A DNA stretch of 64,000 nt from Escherichia phage JN01: the sequence record MN882542. One strand, 5' to 3'. Positions 41,603 to 51,342 of the stretch are shown piece by piece (the stretch's first letter is position 1; each line of letters begins with the position of its first letter). Under the pieces are notes generated by a model. The model ran no database searches and was not told where the DNA came from. It worked only from the letters and a program-made list of their open reading frames with translations. The position numbers and the translations under genes are program-made.

Positions 41603-42148
41603 TCAAAAGTGCCCTTTTACTTGTGGAACATAAATTTCAAAAGTTGCTTTACCATCCTCTGATGGTTTTGACTGTACCTTTGTAAATACACGACCATCAT
41701 ACAACTTCTCGAAGAAGTTTTCAAAAGGTAAATGCACAGTGACCTCTTCAGTAACTTTATGGAAAACTGTATGAAACACTACATCAGCATACGGTAAAGC
41801 ATTGACAAGGACACCTGCACCACCAATTACAAAGACATCTTCATCAATAGAGCTATCAAGATACTTCAAAAATGCTCCAAACGACTCTTTACTGGCTTTA
41901 GCATACATTACCTCATCTTTGCCAAAGTCTATGCCTAAGTATGGTACAGAGTTTGTTAAGATGAGGTTTGCACGTTCTGGTAAAGGTTTACTACCCAGAG
42001 TCTTAAAAGTCTCATTCCCCATCACTACTAAGTTATTTTTAGTGAGTCTCTTAAACTCTTGCATGTCCTGTTTATGTCGAGGCCACGGCATACCAGTTGG
42101 AGTACCAAACTCCCCATTTTCACCACTTGCAAAGATTAATTTAATCAT
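41603..42148 (-). CDS. folA: dihydrofolate reductase
   Basis: DHFR N-terminal signature IFASGENGEFGTPTGMPWP and VVMGNETF; 181 aa. Confidence 0.85.
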   Translation of the reverse strand: MIKLIFASGENGEFGTPTGMPWPRHKQDMQEFKRLTKNNLVVMGNETFKTLGSKPLPERANLILTNSVPYLGIDFGKDEVMYAKASKESFGAFLKYLDSSIDEDVFVIGGAGVLVNALPYADVVFHTVFHKVTEEVTVHLPFENFFEKLYDGRVFTKVQSKPSEDGKATFEIYVPQVKGHF

Positions 42149-42405
42149 TTTGTAAACCCTTTCTTAATGAACCAGTTGATAACATTCTTCACAGCTTTAT
42201 TGCTATGGTAGATTAAGTGTGGTGTAGGTTGGTATGAACCATAGGCCCAGAATGATAGATGCTCACCACAACCAACACATGTAGTACTTTCTTCAGCTAT
42301 ATGACCATTAACAATCACATGAACTTCACCTTGCAAGTCTGTACACCCACAATGTGGGCAACGGATAGGTGTTCCATCAGACTCATAGCAGTGTTCAATT
42401 TTCAT
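42145..42405 (-). CDS. zinc-ribbon protein
   Basis: Paired CxxC motifs (CPHCGC, CVGCGEH); ATGA overlap downstream. Confidence 0.5.
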   Translation of the reverse strand: MKIEHCYESDGTPIRCPHCGCTDLQGEVHVIVNGHIAEESTTCVGCGEHLSFWAYGSYQPTPHLIYHSNKAVKNVINWFIKKGFTK

Positions 42406-42921
42406 TTATTTAACCTCAAAAACTGGTTCAAGAACCAATATAAAGTCTACACAGTCATCTTCTTCATCCAGAATACCATCAAAGTTCTTAGGAACGAAGT
42501 CGAAGAGGCTCATAACAAAGCAGTCAGAAGTAACCCTTATAGTCCCTCCCATATTCTCTACAGTCAACACTGTACGGCTTTCTTTTACCTCTCTCAGAAG
42601 ATTACTCACAAAGTCATCTAGGAAGTACTTCATTAGTGACTTAAAACCTTTAGGGTAATCTGTACCAGAGTATGTTTCAATCTGAGGTACAAGCTTAACA
42701 TTTATACTAGTCTTTGCTAAGAACGTGCTAGAGAACATACTATCAGGTAACTTGCAAACAGTCTTTCCAGTGCCTTCATGTTCAATCTCAACAAAACCAG
42801 CTTCATCGCCACACGTAACTATTTTAAAAGATGCTTCATTCTCATACTGTGAAGCCATAAACTTTTTAAGCATGACTTTAAGGAAGTCTGCATGAGCATC
42901 TTGTAAGTAGATATCAATCAT
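42406..42921 (-). CDS. hypothetical protein
   Basis: 171 aa ORF with ATG start. Confidence 0.55.
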   Translation of the reverse strand: MIDIYLQDAHADFLKVMLKKFMASQYENEASFKIVTCGDEAGFVEIEHEGTGKTVCKLPDSMFSSTFLAKTSINVKLVPQIETYSGTDYPKGFKSLMKYFLDDFVSNLLREVKESRTVLTVENMGGTIRVTSDCFVMSLFDFVPKNFDGILDEEDDCVDFILVLEPVFEVK

Positions 42922-42934
42922 AATTCATCACCTA

Positions 42935-43294
42935 TTATGGGAACAGACACTTAATGTCATCGTTTTTGAAAACGAAGCTTGTGTAGTTGTGACCGTCAAC
43001 ATCCAGCCAAACAGCCTGAACATCTACACCATCAAGATTGTGGTAAAGCTCTTTGATGAAGTGGTCTTTCACAATCTGGCTGCTGGTTGTTTCCAGCTTA
43101 ATGTTTGAGATTGCTGAACCTACAGCCATATAACCCATTACACGTTTCTTCTCAGTATGCTTAATCTTACCATCTTTGTAAGCCATAATGAGATTGGAAA
43201 GAATCTTCACACCATAATACTTTTCAAGGTGAGTAGGTACACCATAAAAGCCTAATGCGAAGTTTTCAGAGTGGATAATGTTTTCACGTTTCAT
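42935..43294 (-). CDS. hypothetical protein
   Basis: 119 aa ORF with ATG start. Confidence 0.55.
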   Translation of the reverse strand: MKRENIIHSENFALGFYGVPTHLEKYYGVKILSNLIMAYKDGKIKHTEKKRVMGYMAVGSAISNIKLETTSSQIVKDHFIKELYHNLDGVDVQAVWLDVDGHNYTSFVFKNDDIKCLFP

Positions 43295-43295
43295 A

Positions 43296-43595
43296 TTAAT
43301 CTGCCAACCTTAAGTTAAAATTAACACCAAATTTTTCGCATACTTCCAACATAAACTCAAGCGAGACATTACCAGTGAGATTGATTATGTTGGATACACG
43401 AGCCTGAGAGATACCACAAATTTTAGCAACTTGCTCTTGAGAAAGACCTCTGGATTTAATCTCTCTCTTAAAACGATGTGCAACGAAATCTCTCATTTCA
43501 TCTACATCCATTGGACAAATATAACTCTCCATTTCAGCCTCTCTGTCAGCCTCCCAATCATCTTGTGGAGCATAAGGGTCAAAAACCTCATTCAT
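43296..43595 (-). CDS. HTH (XRE-like) transcriptional regulator
   Basis: Helix-turn-helix LSQEQVAKICGISQARVSNI; track start is TTG, moved to ATG 43595. Confidence 0.65.
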   Translation of the reverse strand: MNEVFDPYAPQDDWEADREAEMESYICPMDVDEMRDFVAHRFKREIKSRGLSQEQVAKICGISQARVSNIINLTGNVSLEFMLEVCEKFGVNFNLRLAD

Positions 43596-43800
43596 CTTTC
43601 TTCTTCCGTTTGCGTGAAGTGTCAATCAATAAATCTATGTTTGTAGCCCTAACCTTTTCACGTTCACCGTTAAGATAATCATCAAGAGCCTTTTCAATCT
43701 GTGAATCATCTTGACAGATAACTGTAAAGACTGTAAAGCCGTCTGTATCATCAATTATCTTACCATAACCGCTTCTGGGATGTAACTTTTTAAGAGCCAT
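43588..43800 (-). CDS. hypothetical protein with basic C-terminus
   Basis: 70 aa ORF with ATG start. Confidence 0.45.
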   Translation of the reverse strand: MALKKLHPRSGYGKIIDDTDGFTVFTVICQDDSQIEKALDDYLNGEREKVRATNIDLLIDTSRKRKKKDE

Positions 43801-43801
43801 A

Positions 43802-44185
43802 TCAAATACCTGTGCAGCTTCTGTTTTCTAAGAAATACTCAACACCATACATAGCTTTTTGCATCAAATCTTCTTTAAACTGGATACGATGATTAAGCAT
43901 AGCCTGTACATCAATATCGTCAGGGTGCTTCTCTTTAATATTTGCAGATTGCAGGAAATACTCTGCAAGAACACGATACTGATAGTCGGTCACCTTATCA
44001 GTCATCTCTGTCAAAGACTCTTCAGAGATTGGTTTAAGTAACTCACCATTAGCCAAAGCAACACCTTTTACAATCTGGCAAGTGTCTTCTGGAACACCTG
44101 ATAAGTCCACATTTGGGAGTTCTGTTGCATTGACTGGTAAATTCATTGCCATAACCATTGCAGCAGCTAATAAAATCTTTTTCAT
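43802..44185 (-). CDS. secreted or periplasmic protein (signal peptide)
   Basis: N-terminal MKKILLAAAMVMAMNLPVNA signal-like sequence. Confidence 0.6.
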   Translation of the reverse strand: MKKILLAAAMVMAMNLPVNATELPNVDLSGVPEDTCQIVKGVALANGELLKPISEESLTEMTDKVTDYQYRVLAEYFLQSANIKEKHPDDIDVQAMLNHRIQFKEDLMQKAMYGVEYFLENRSCTGI

Positions 44186-44229
44186 AATGACCTCAAAGTT
44201 ATATTAAATTTTGTATTACATCGAGTATA

Positions 44230-44258
44230 AAAATAAGCTATAACACCTGACTTGTCAA
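44230..44258 (-). promoter_or_regulatory. candidate promoter (TTGACAAGTCAGGTG variant of the TTGACAAGGTG element)
   Basis: Minus-strand TTGACA with TATTTT 17 nt downstream, upstream of the 44185 gene. Confidence 0.35.
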
Positions 44259-44457
44259 CAGATTTTATAGCTTATTTGGCAGATTTTTTATAAGGCTACT
44301 GCCATCCTTCCATACCATACACTACAAGACCCAACAGCACCGAGCCACACACTACCTCACTTAAAAACCCTCTTAAAAGACTCTTAAGTGATGATGGTGA
44401 GTACCCGTTGGTTTATGCTGCTCAGTATACTCACCAAATTTTCTATGTCAACAACTT

Positions 44458-45561
44458 TTATTCATAATCTCGTATAACTAGACCAACAGGGAACTGTAAA
44501 GACCCCTTACGAGTCATCTTCTGGAACTGTACCGTTAAAGGCTTCCCGATAAACTCTTCAGGATGTTCAGCAAGATACTGTTTCTTCTCATGAGTAGTCT
44601 TCCATGAGACATCCACAAAGATGTTAGGGAGAGTCTCTACAACGAACTTACCATGACCACGTTTATCGGTCTTTACACCAGTCACTTTAAACTCTTCAGT
44701 GTGCATCTTCTTATGCTTAATCAAGAAGTATGAACGGTGACAACACTCATAGAAGGAGTCTTCAGAGATTGAACGGTACATTGCACCTTCAAACTTAGCT
44801 TCAACCCACTTATCATGAGCTTCGTCGAACTCTTCCCAAGAATTTACACGACGAGACTTAACAGGGACAACTTTACAGCCATCCCTAAAGTCATTCAGTG
44901 GTGAAGTCTCAATAATATCTCTACGCTCAGGCCACGTTTTAGTACTGTCACAGATATCGTACCAGTAAAACTTGAGCAAGTGTCTGTCAGGATTGTCTTC
45001 ATTTTTAATCATGGAGACGATATCTTCTAAGTCCAACCCATGAGCATAAATCTCTCCATCAAATTCATCAACATCTTTGTGGAGCCTTAACATTGCCATA
45101 ATGTCAGGTATTAGTTCAGTAGGGATTTTGTAAACAGTATTCTCACGAGAATATGCTGTAAATACACTGCCAATACTCAAGTGCCTTGAAATCCTACAAC
45201 GGACACCATCAAGTTTCGGTTGAGCATCAGCAGGGAACTTCAGATACTTTGCATGACTAACCTTTGCAGCATCATGAGCAAGCTGCACACCTACCTTCTC
45301 AGTATTCTGTGCAGACTCTTTTGTGTAAGCATAACCTTTGCGGTCAACTTGCTTTTTATACTTAGCAGCAACTTCAAAGAGAGCTTGCTGTTCAGCGTTA
45401 CGCTCATTCTTTTTACCGATGTTTTTAGGTTCTGCTGTGTACTCTTCAAACATCATCTTGCCATTTTCTTTACCATACGTGGTAACAACTTTGTCACCTA
45501 CAGCAACGCATGACCAGACGTTGAAAGAGCCATCTTTATTTTGTTTGTACAGTATTGTCAT
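44458..45561 (-). CDS. ATP-dependent DNA ligase
   Basis: Adenylation motif I KLDGVR; start moved from track 45597 to ATG 45561 with AGAGGA Shine-Dalgarno. Confidence 0.8.
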   Translation of the reverse strand: MTILYKQNKDGSFNVWSCVAVGDKVVTTYGKENGKMMFEEYTAEPKNIGKKNERNAEQQALFEVAAKYKKQVDRKGYAYTKESAQNTEKVGVQLAHDAAKVSHAKYLKFPADAQPKLDGVRCRISRHLSIGSVFTAYSRENTVYKIPTELIPDIMAMLRLHKDVDEFDGEIYAHGLDLEDIVSMIKNEDNPDRHLLKFYWYDICDSTKTWPERRDIIETSPLNDFRDGCKVVPVKSRRVNSWEEFDEAHDKWVEAKFEGAMYRSISEDSFYECCHRSYFLIKHKKMHTEEFKVTGVKTDKRGHGKFVVETLPNIFVDVSWKTTHEKKQYLAEHPEEFIGKPLTVQFQKMTRKGSLQFPVGLVIRDYE

Positions 45562-45562
45562 T

Positions 45563-45754
45563 TTATTCCTCTGAGTGATACCAAGTGTTGCAAGCATTAC
45601 ATGCGTAAAGCTCTAAGTCATTTTTATCTGGTTTATGAAAACAGTTTGCTCCGCAGTGGCAACGAAACGGCTTTCCACCAACTGTCAGGATGAAAGATTG
45701 AACCTTTCCATCAGGAGTTCGTACAGCATTTTTATGCTTATCTTCTTTGTTCAT
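45563..45754 (-). CDS. zinc-ribbon protein
   Basis: CHCGANC...CNAC cysteine motifs; 63 aa. Confidence 0.5.
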   Translation of the reverse strand: MNKEDKHKNAVRTPDGKVQSFILTVGGKPFRCHCGANCFHKPDKNDLELYACNACNTWYHSEE

Positions 45755-45957
45755 TTTCTCTTACCACCAATCTCTACGTCAATAACCTGAACATCACCAG
45801 CAACATCAAACTTGTGAATGATGCTTTCCACAGTGTAAGTCCAACCCTCGATGCGAACCAATTCACCTTCTCGTGGAACTATTGGGTTACGTTGAGCTAC
45901 GGTTGTAGTGGAGTGAACAACATCATAACAATAGATATAGTTTACTAGGACTTTCAT
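45751..45957 (-). CDS. hypothetical protein
   Basis: Track start 46056 is TTG and overlaps the lipoprotein gene; ATG 45957 with GAGG upstream chosen. Confidence 0.4.
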   Translation of the reverse strand: MKVLVNYIYCYDVVHSTTTVAQRNPIVPREGELVRIEGWTYTVESIIHKFDVAGDVQVIDVEIGGKRK

Positions 45958-45967
45958 CGTGAAAACC

Positions 45968-46204
45968 TCACTGAATAACCGTAGTGTGTGATTGACCATT
46001 TTTGCCATAGCTATAAGATGTTGTTGTTTGAGAGTTTGGACATCTGACAACAACAATATCCCTGCTTATGGCATCACCATGTAACTTATAGACTTTGCAA
46101 TCTTGCATCTCTGGTGGGAGGCTATAAGAAGCGTTTTTGTCCTCGTAAGAGGGATTACAGCCAGATAGAAAAATAACACCAAGCGCAATTACTGCTTTCC
46201 ACAT
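45968..46204 (-). CDS. small lipoprotein (lipobox LSGC)
   Basis: Signal peptide MWKAVIALGVIFLSGC with cysteine at the cleavage position; 78 aa. Confidence 0.6.
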   Translation of the reverse strand: MWKAVIALGVIFLSGCNPSYEDKNASYSLPPEMQDCKVYKLHGDAISRDIVVVRCPNSQTTTSYSYGKNGQSHTTVIQ

Positions 46205-46218
46205 AATACTTCCCCTAT

Positions 46219-46374
46219 TTACTGTTCACGATGTTCTACTTCTCTGTACGTTCGTCGATAGTTTATAATAAGCTGTGCTAATTCGTTGCTTTTAACATCT
46301 GAACGTAGCAGTTGCCAATCAAAACCTTTACCGACCCTTCCATATAAACTAAAGAGTTTTACTTTGCGTTTCAT
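46219..46374 (-). CDS. small basic protein (51 aa)
   Basis: Fills an otherwise empty 150 nt gap; ATG start; weak Shine-Dalgarno. Confidence 0.3.
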   Translation of the reverse strand: MKRKVKLFSLYGRVGKGFDWQLLRSDVKSNELAQLIINYRRTYREVEHREQ

Positions 46375-46391
46375 TTTGGTGTTCCCAATAC

Positions 46392-46604
46392 TCAGATGTC
46401 AATGCTAATACGTTCACCTTTAAGGACTCCTGTGCGGTCCCTTGCAATCTTACCGTCAACAATAAGGATATGCGCAGACCTTAAAGATTCACTGTTAAAA
46501 CCTTTTACGAACTTGCTAGGCATCACCACAATAAGCATTTCTTGAATTAACTCTGGAGTATAGCAGTTGTCGTGAAGTTGCTGAATAACGTCTGAAAGTG
46601 TCAT
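46392..46604 (-). CDS. hypothetical protein
   Basis: Track start is TTG; ATG 46604 with GGAGA Shine-Dalgarno and ATGA overlap. Confidence 0.45.
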   Translation of the reverse strand: MTLSDVIQQLHDNCYTPELIQEMLIVVMPSKFVKGFNSESLRSAHILIVDGKIARDRTGVLKGERISIDI

Positions 46605-46810
46605 TTTTGATGTCTCCAATACTCAATATCAATAAGTTCTTGTGCAATGCTTTTCAGATTACCTTTCAAGAAAACCTTCTCAGAACCTGAAAGAGATGAA
46701 TTGTCAATTAGCCTGTTCATTCTCTCAAACAACTTCTGCTTACGATTCTTGATAGTTTCCTTTGAAGCACCTTTCATCATCGCTGCATGGGTTCTTCCAC
46801 GGTGGCTCAT
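46601..46810 (-). CDS. hypothetical basic protein
   Basis: 69 aa ORF with ATG start. Confidence 0.45.
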   Translation of the reverse strand: MSHRGRTHAAMMKGASKETIKNRKQKLFERMNRLIDNSSLSGSEKVFLKGNLKSIAQELIDIEYWRHQK

Positions 46811-46855
46811 AGTAAACTCTCAATATTTACATGCTCACCTTTTAAGTAGCCTGTC

Positions 46856-47026
46856 TTATCTTTTGCGATTTTTTCCTCCAGCAATAAAGATATCTACTCT
46901 ACGTAGAACTTCAGGATTTACCTTCAAATTCCTACAGCTACTGCAAAGAACAATAAACATCCCTTCAATCTCTTTTTGAGAATAACCTGCACATTGCAAC
47001 TGAACTTCAATCTCTGAAAGTGTCAT
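46856..47026 (-). CDS. small protein (56 aa)
   Basis: ATG preceded by AGGAGG Shine-Dalgarno; below the ORF-track cut-off. Confidence 0.4.
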   Translation of the reverse strand: MTLSEIEVQLQCAGYSQKEIEGMFIVLCSSCRNLKVNPEVLRRVDIFIAGGKNRKR

Positions 47027-47039
47027 GTGACCTCCTATA

Positions 47040-47071
47040 TAAGATATTGTATAAGGTACTCTTCCATGAGC
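47040..47071 (-). promoter_or_regulatory. candidate promoter carrying the TTGACAAGGTG element
   Basis: Minus strand reads ATTAGTATTGACAAGGTGCTC; lies between the polymerase stop and the 47026 small gene. Confidence 0.35.
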
Positions 47072-47087
47072 ACCTTGTCAATACTAA

Positions 47088-49787
47088 TTAGTGTACTTCA
47101 AGCCAGCTTTTACCAACCTTACCAGTACCTGTAACAAGTGTTTCTTTCTTAAGACCTAAGTTTTTAGAAGCTTGTCCATAATACCAGTCAGTAACTGCTT
47201 TCACATCTGCCGTCATACTTTCTGGACATTCCCAGCTTGTTTCATCGTGATATGCGCAGAGCAAACGAGCACCAATAGCTGGTTGACGACCATTCAACTT
47301 CATCAAGCCTTCGTCAATCATACGGCGACAAGCAAGGTTAATTGCCTCATTTTGAATCTGAGCCTCTGAACCCATCAAAAGATAGTTCAACAGTTTGTGT
47401 GGAGATTTACACCACAACCAAGCTCCAGCAACCTTTACAAACCCCCCTTTAGAGATTGCAGCAGTCTTACCAAACACCTCTTCAAGTGCCTTTTTAGTCG
47501 CTTTGTAGTCAGCTTCCAAGTCATCTAGTAGCTTCTTAATCTTAGGCAAACGAATAAAGTAAGTCTGTTTAGTCAGTGCACCTTCCTGAGTAGTTGCAGC
47601 TTTAATCGTCTTAGCAAACTTCTCATCACCTGCACCGAACAGCAGTGCATAGATACCATTCTTAGCTTTCTTACGACCCTTGCTAATCTCATGGAGAAGG
47701 TTCTCATCCTGAGTAGCTCGACAAGTTAAGATATCTTGCTCATCATTCAAGCTAAAGTAAATACTGTTCAGTGTGTGTGCATCAGTCCCTGAATAGACAA
47801 CGTAAAGGTCGTTCTCAGAGTCATAGCGAAGGTACTTATCAATCTCTGGATTGAGGTACTCATCAAAGTGTTTGCAGTAATATCGTCCATCTTCTTGACG
47901 AATAAACTCAATCTCTTCTTTACCTTGCGTTACCGCTTTGGTGAAGTCTTTGTCACCCATAAAGTTACAAAGGAGAACTAGCTGGGCTGAGTTCATATCT
48001 ACAGAGACAACGTTAGTACCTTCCTCACAAATCCACACTGCCCTCATTGGTTCCCCATAGACAGCAGCACCAGACGGTACGTTTACAATACCATATTGTG
48101 TCATACGTCCAGTTGAAGTACCAAATACCATTGCACCAGCACTAAGGCGACCATCAGGACGAATCTGGTTCAACCAACCTTTTTCATCATCCTTTGAGTT
48201 CTCAATAGTTCTGCGTCGGTGCATCAAAGTATAGTACTTAGCAATCTTCTGTCCAAGCTCACCTTCAATCGTATCATAAGATGATTCAGTAAGTTTTGGT
48301 GAAGTACGGATTAAGCAAGGCTCAAGCAAATCTGTGTACTTCTTCACAGACCAGTTATGCTCAATGTACTGGACACCTTCATGTTCAACATAACTCAAAC
48401 CACACCGTTCAACCATCTCCTGCCACTTAGGATGCTTGGTAATCATCTTTTTGTTGTCTTTGAAACGACAAACCTTAACAGGACGACCATCTGAGTCTTT
48501 CTTGTAGTTCCAGTCATCTGGAATCCAACCAACTGATTTCAAGTAGTCTTTCACAACTGCTACCTGAGTCATACGAGAAACTTCGAACTCAATTGGTGTA
48601 TATGGTGCATCAATCAAACCTGTGTAGCGACTTGACTCAAGTTCAAAGTGGTTAACAACATGACTGTTATAGTACTTCACAGTCTTAACTGTTTTTACTG
48701 GCTTCCAGTCTTTGCATTTCTTACCAATCTTTGCATTCAACTCATTGCAAATTGCACGAGCATCCTTCATTGCTACAAAACCTTCCTTGTACTCTTCACC
48801 AGTTACAGAGTTGGTTGGTGTATAGCAATTCCGCTTTTCAATGTTAAAAATCTTTGTAGTTGGCTTACCAAATGGCTTGATTTCATATGTCTGCATCTCA
48901 CCGTTACGTACCTGCTGACGATACTTTGTCTTAGGGTACTTGGTAATTCTCTTCAGTCCATCTGCATGACCAAACGCTTCAACATACTCATTCCAAGCTT
49001 TTGCAAATTCTTCTCCAGTGACTTTACCTTTGGTCTTAATAGTTGGTGGAAGGTGTGGTTCAACTTCTGAAGCAAGCTCATTAGTCAACTTGTCAAGTTC
49101 CTTTACATGAAACTCCATAAGCTCTTTATCAGCTTTCCAACCATTGATAGCCTGTTGACTCATCCAGAAAGATGTTTCTTTAGCTCGCATGTAGGTTTCA
49201 TAAGTGTCTACACCACACTTCTTTAACTTCAGATATTCATTATCCAGTGCACGTTTAGTTTTGGCGTTAATACGGATATCTTCTACAACACGAGTGAAGA
49301 TTTCTGCATTCCACACACCCCAATGTTCAATCTCTGGTTTACGTACACCAACACGAGCACCCCATGCTGCCAAGCCATGAGCACCTTTATAGCCCTTTGG
49401 AGTTGGTCTATCCATCCACTGAACACGAGACTGGATAAGAGAATCCTGAAAGAAATTACCCCACGGCTTACACTTTGGATTATCAAAGTTCCACAAATCA
49501 GGTGCAATGTGATTGAAAACCCACCAGTCATACCCCAGACCATTATGGATGCAGAGTCGTTTTGCCTTTAACGCAAACTCAATACCTTCACGTAAGCCAC
49601 CCTTAATGTACTTGGTATACTTGTGACCGAGGATAGGCTCATCTGTAAATACCCATACAGGTGGCTCTTCATCGTCAGATTTATAGTCTGCGAAAGCCAT
49701 TACGTGCACTTTAGTGAACTCAAGGAGTAAACCATCAGTTTCTGTATCACCAACTAAATGTAAGTTTTTAAAATCTACGTTTTCCAT
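47088..49787 (-). CDS. DNA polymerase, family A, with 3-5 exonuclease domain
   Basis: Exo I motif DTETDGL; motif B KKAKNGIYALLFGAG; motif C YHDE; start at ATG 49787 with GAGGGAG Shine-Dalgarno. Confidence 0.9.
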   Translation of the reverse strand: MENVDFKNLHLVGDTETDGLLLEFTKVHVMAFADYKSDDEEPPVWVFTDEPILGHKYTKYIKGGLREGIEFALKAKRLCIHNGLGYDWWVFNHIAPDLWNFDNPKCKPWGNFFQDSLIQSRVQWMDRPTPKGYKGAHGLAAWGARVGVRKPEIEHWGVWNAEIFTRVVEDIRINAKTKRALDNEYLKLKKCGVDTYETYMRAKETSFWMSQQAINGWKADKELMEFHVKELDKLTNELASEVEPHLPPTIKTKGKVTGEEFAKAWNEYVEAFGHADGLKRITKYPKTKYRQQVRNGEMQTYEIKPFGKPTTKIFNIEKRNCYTPTNSVTGEEYKEGFVAMKDARAICNELNAKIGKKCKDWKPVKTVKTVKYYNSHVVNHFELESSRYTGLIDAPYTPIEFEVSRMTQVAVVKDYLKSVGWIPDDWNYKKDSDGRPVKVCRFKDNKKMITKHPKWQEMVERCGLSYVEHEGVQYIEHNWSVKKYTDLLEPCLIRTSPKLTESSYDTIEGELGQKIAKYYTLMHRRRTIENSKDDEKGWLNQIRPDGRLSAGAMVFGTSTGRMTQYGIVNVPSGAAVYGEPMRAVWICEEGTNVVSVDMNSAQLVLLCNFMGDKDFTKAVTQGKEEIEFIRQEDGRYYCKHFDEYLNPEIDKYLRYDSENDLYVVYSGTDAHTLNSIYFSLNDEQDILTCRATQDENLLHEISKGRKKAKNGIYALLFGAGDEKFAKTIKAATTQEGALTKQTYFIRLPKIKKLLDDLEADYKATKKALEEVFGKTAAISKGGFVKVAGAWLWCKSPHKLLNYLLMGSEAQIQNEAINLACRRMIDEGLMKLNGRQPAIGARLLCAYHDETSWECPESMTADVKAVTDWYYGQASKNLGLKKETLVTGTGKVGKSWLEVH

Positions 49788-49847
49788 TTTTACTCCCTCT
49801 AAAATCATTAACCTCATACATTACTGCAAAAAATTATAAAAAGCAAG

Positions 49848-49877
49848 TTGACAATGTGCTTGACAAGGTGTTAATCT
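49848..49877 (+). promoter_or_regulatory. tandem TTGACA element (TTGACA-N6-TTGACAAGGTGT) with TAATCT
   Basis: Near-identical to the element at 8692; divergent region between the polymerase and the 50045 gene. Confidence 0.45.
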
Positions 49878-49983
49878 TTGCGAAGTGGGTTTTTACTTAA
49901 AAGGTTACTTAACAGTTTAACTATACAGATACTTTAAAACTCTTAAAAGATTATTTAATAGCTTTTAAAAAGCTTTAAAGTAT

Positions 49984-50000
49984 AACGTATAGAATACGTT
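49984..50000. promoter_or_regulatory. palindrome AACGTAT-AGA-ATACGTT (operator-like)
   Basis: Perfect 7 bp arms between the promoter element and the 50045 start. Confidence 0.35.
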
Positions 50001-50044
50001 AAGATAAAAGATTAAAACTTAATAGTTACTTAAAAGAGGCTTAC

Positions 50045-50467
50045 ATGCAGAAAATGTTTGTTCACCCAGACATAGCTGACTTTGTTAGAGCTTTGCAGAA
50101 GTTGGAAGAACTTGACATTGCTGCTCAACGGGAATATGCTCACCATCACAGGAGAATGGTTGATATACAACATGAAATAGAGTTGTCTGAAAACTATGAA
50201 GATGACTTAAAATGCTCTGTGTTTGAGCATATGAAAGATGTTGCTACAGCGAGACGTAAAGCTAAAGACACAGTTGCTTTACTAGATTCTCTTAAAAAGA
50301 GGTTGCAAAGTGGTACAGACCTGTGTAATCTAGCGTCACTGATTAACGATGTTGAAACTTCTTGGGATAGACATTACTATCCACGTTCTGAAAAGACACT
50401 TGACTTTTCTTCATCAGAAAACTTAAAATGTTCTAGAAAGAAACTTAACCAACTGAGAGAGAAATAA
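50045..50467 (+). CDS. hypothetical protein
   Basis: 140 aa; ATG with AAGAGG Shine-Dalgarno. Confidence 0.6.
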   Translation: MQKMFVHPDIADFVRALQKLEELDIAAQREYAHHHRRMVDIQHEIELSENYEDDLKCSVFEHMKDVATARRKAKDTVALLDSLKKRLQSGTDLCNLASLINDVETSWDRHYYPRSEKTLDFSSSENLKCSRKKLNQLREK

Positions 50468-50468
50468 T

Positions 50469-51281
50469 ATGAATACTACTGTAGACCAGATGCTTGAAGA
50501 AAAAGGTATTGACGAAGCATTCTTAATCAATGCCGTAGAAAGCATGGCTATGATTCTTCGTGGAAACAACTACACAGAACAGTTTATGCCTGCAAGCTAT
50601 AACTTGCCTAAAGACAAGTCTGATAACGGTGCTTTTGCAGAACAGGTTAATATGATGCTGTGTGATAAAACACTTGCTTTAGCATCTATCGTTGTAGGTG
50701 TTGATGCTCTTGCAGAGTTCATTTTCTATGAGATGCAGAAAAATGACTATATTGCCATGACCTCTGAAGAAAAAGACTCGCTACTGCTCTTAGGTTATGA
50801 TGAGCTAGTTGACCTGTTAATTTCGTCAACAAGTGCTGTTATGGCTGCTCTTGAGAAGCGAATGGAAGAGAAGCTGTCACGATATGAAAAACTTGATTGG
50901 GGTGTAGAAGAGTTAAACCCACGAATCAAAGAGATTATCCAGCAAACTAAAGACTCTTTAGCAGAAGCTGTGAAAGATGATTCTGTAGCTGATGTAGAAC
51001 CACTACAGGTGAAGGTTGCTCTGATGATTCCAGCTATCTCTACAATGATGAATATCGTTGCACTAATCCAACTTTCTCAGATGTTGGGTGTAACCATTGA
51101 GTTCGTTGAGGAGATGACTGGTGGTGTCAGTATGCAAGCAATCAATGATGTTTTGGTAAACATTGGCGCTTCAATCATTGAAGAGAAGCTACGTATCAAC
51201 TTCGGTGATGATTTTGTGAAGCAAATCTCAGCTATTGCTGAAAAAGAGCACTCACAAATTACTAGTGACCAACTGCACTAA
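50469..51281 (+). CDS. hypothetical protein
   Basis: 270 aa ORF with ATG start. Confidence 0.6.
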   Translation: MNTTVDQMLEEKGIDEAFLINAVESMAMILRGNNYTEQFMPASYNLPKDKSDNGAFAEQVNMMLCDKTLALASIVVGVDALAEFIFYEMQKNDYIAMTSEEKDSLLLLGYDELVDLLISSTSAVMAALEKRMEEKLSRYEKLDWGVEELNPRIKEIIQQTKDSLAEAVKDDSVADVEPLQVKVALMIPAISTMMNIVALIQLSQMLGVTIEFVEEMTGGVSMQAINDVLVNIGASIIEEKLRINFGDDFVKQISAIAEKEHSQITSDQLH

Positions 51282-51299
51282 GTCTTTATAAATCTTACA

Positions 51300-51323
51300 A
51301 GCCTCCTTAGTTGGGGGCTTTTT
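51300..51323 (+). terminator. rho-independent terminator
   Basis: AGCCTCC-N6-GGGGGCT followed by TTTTT. Confidence 0.6.
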
Positions 51324-51342
51324 AGTAATTAAGGGAGATAAA

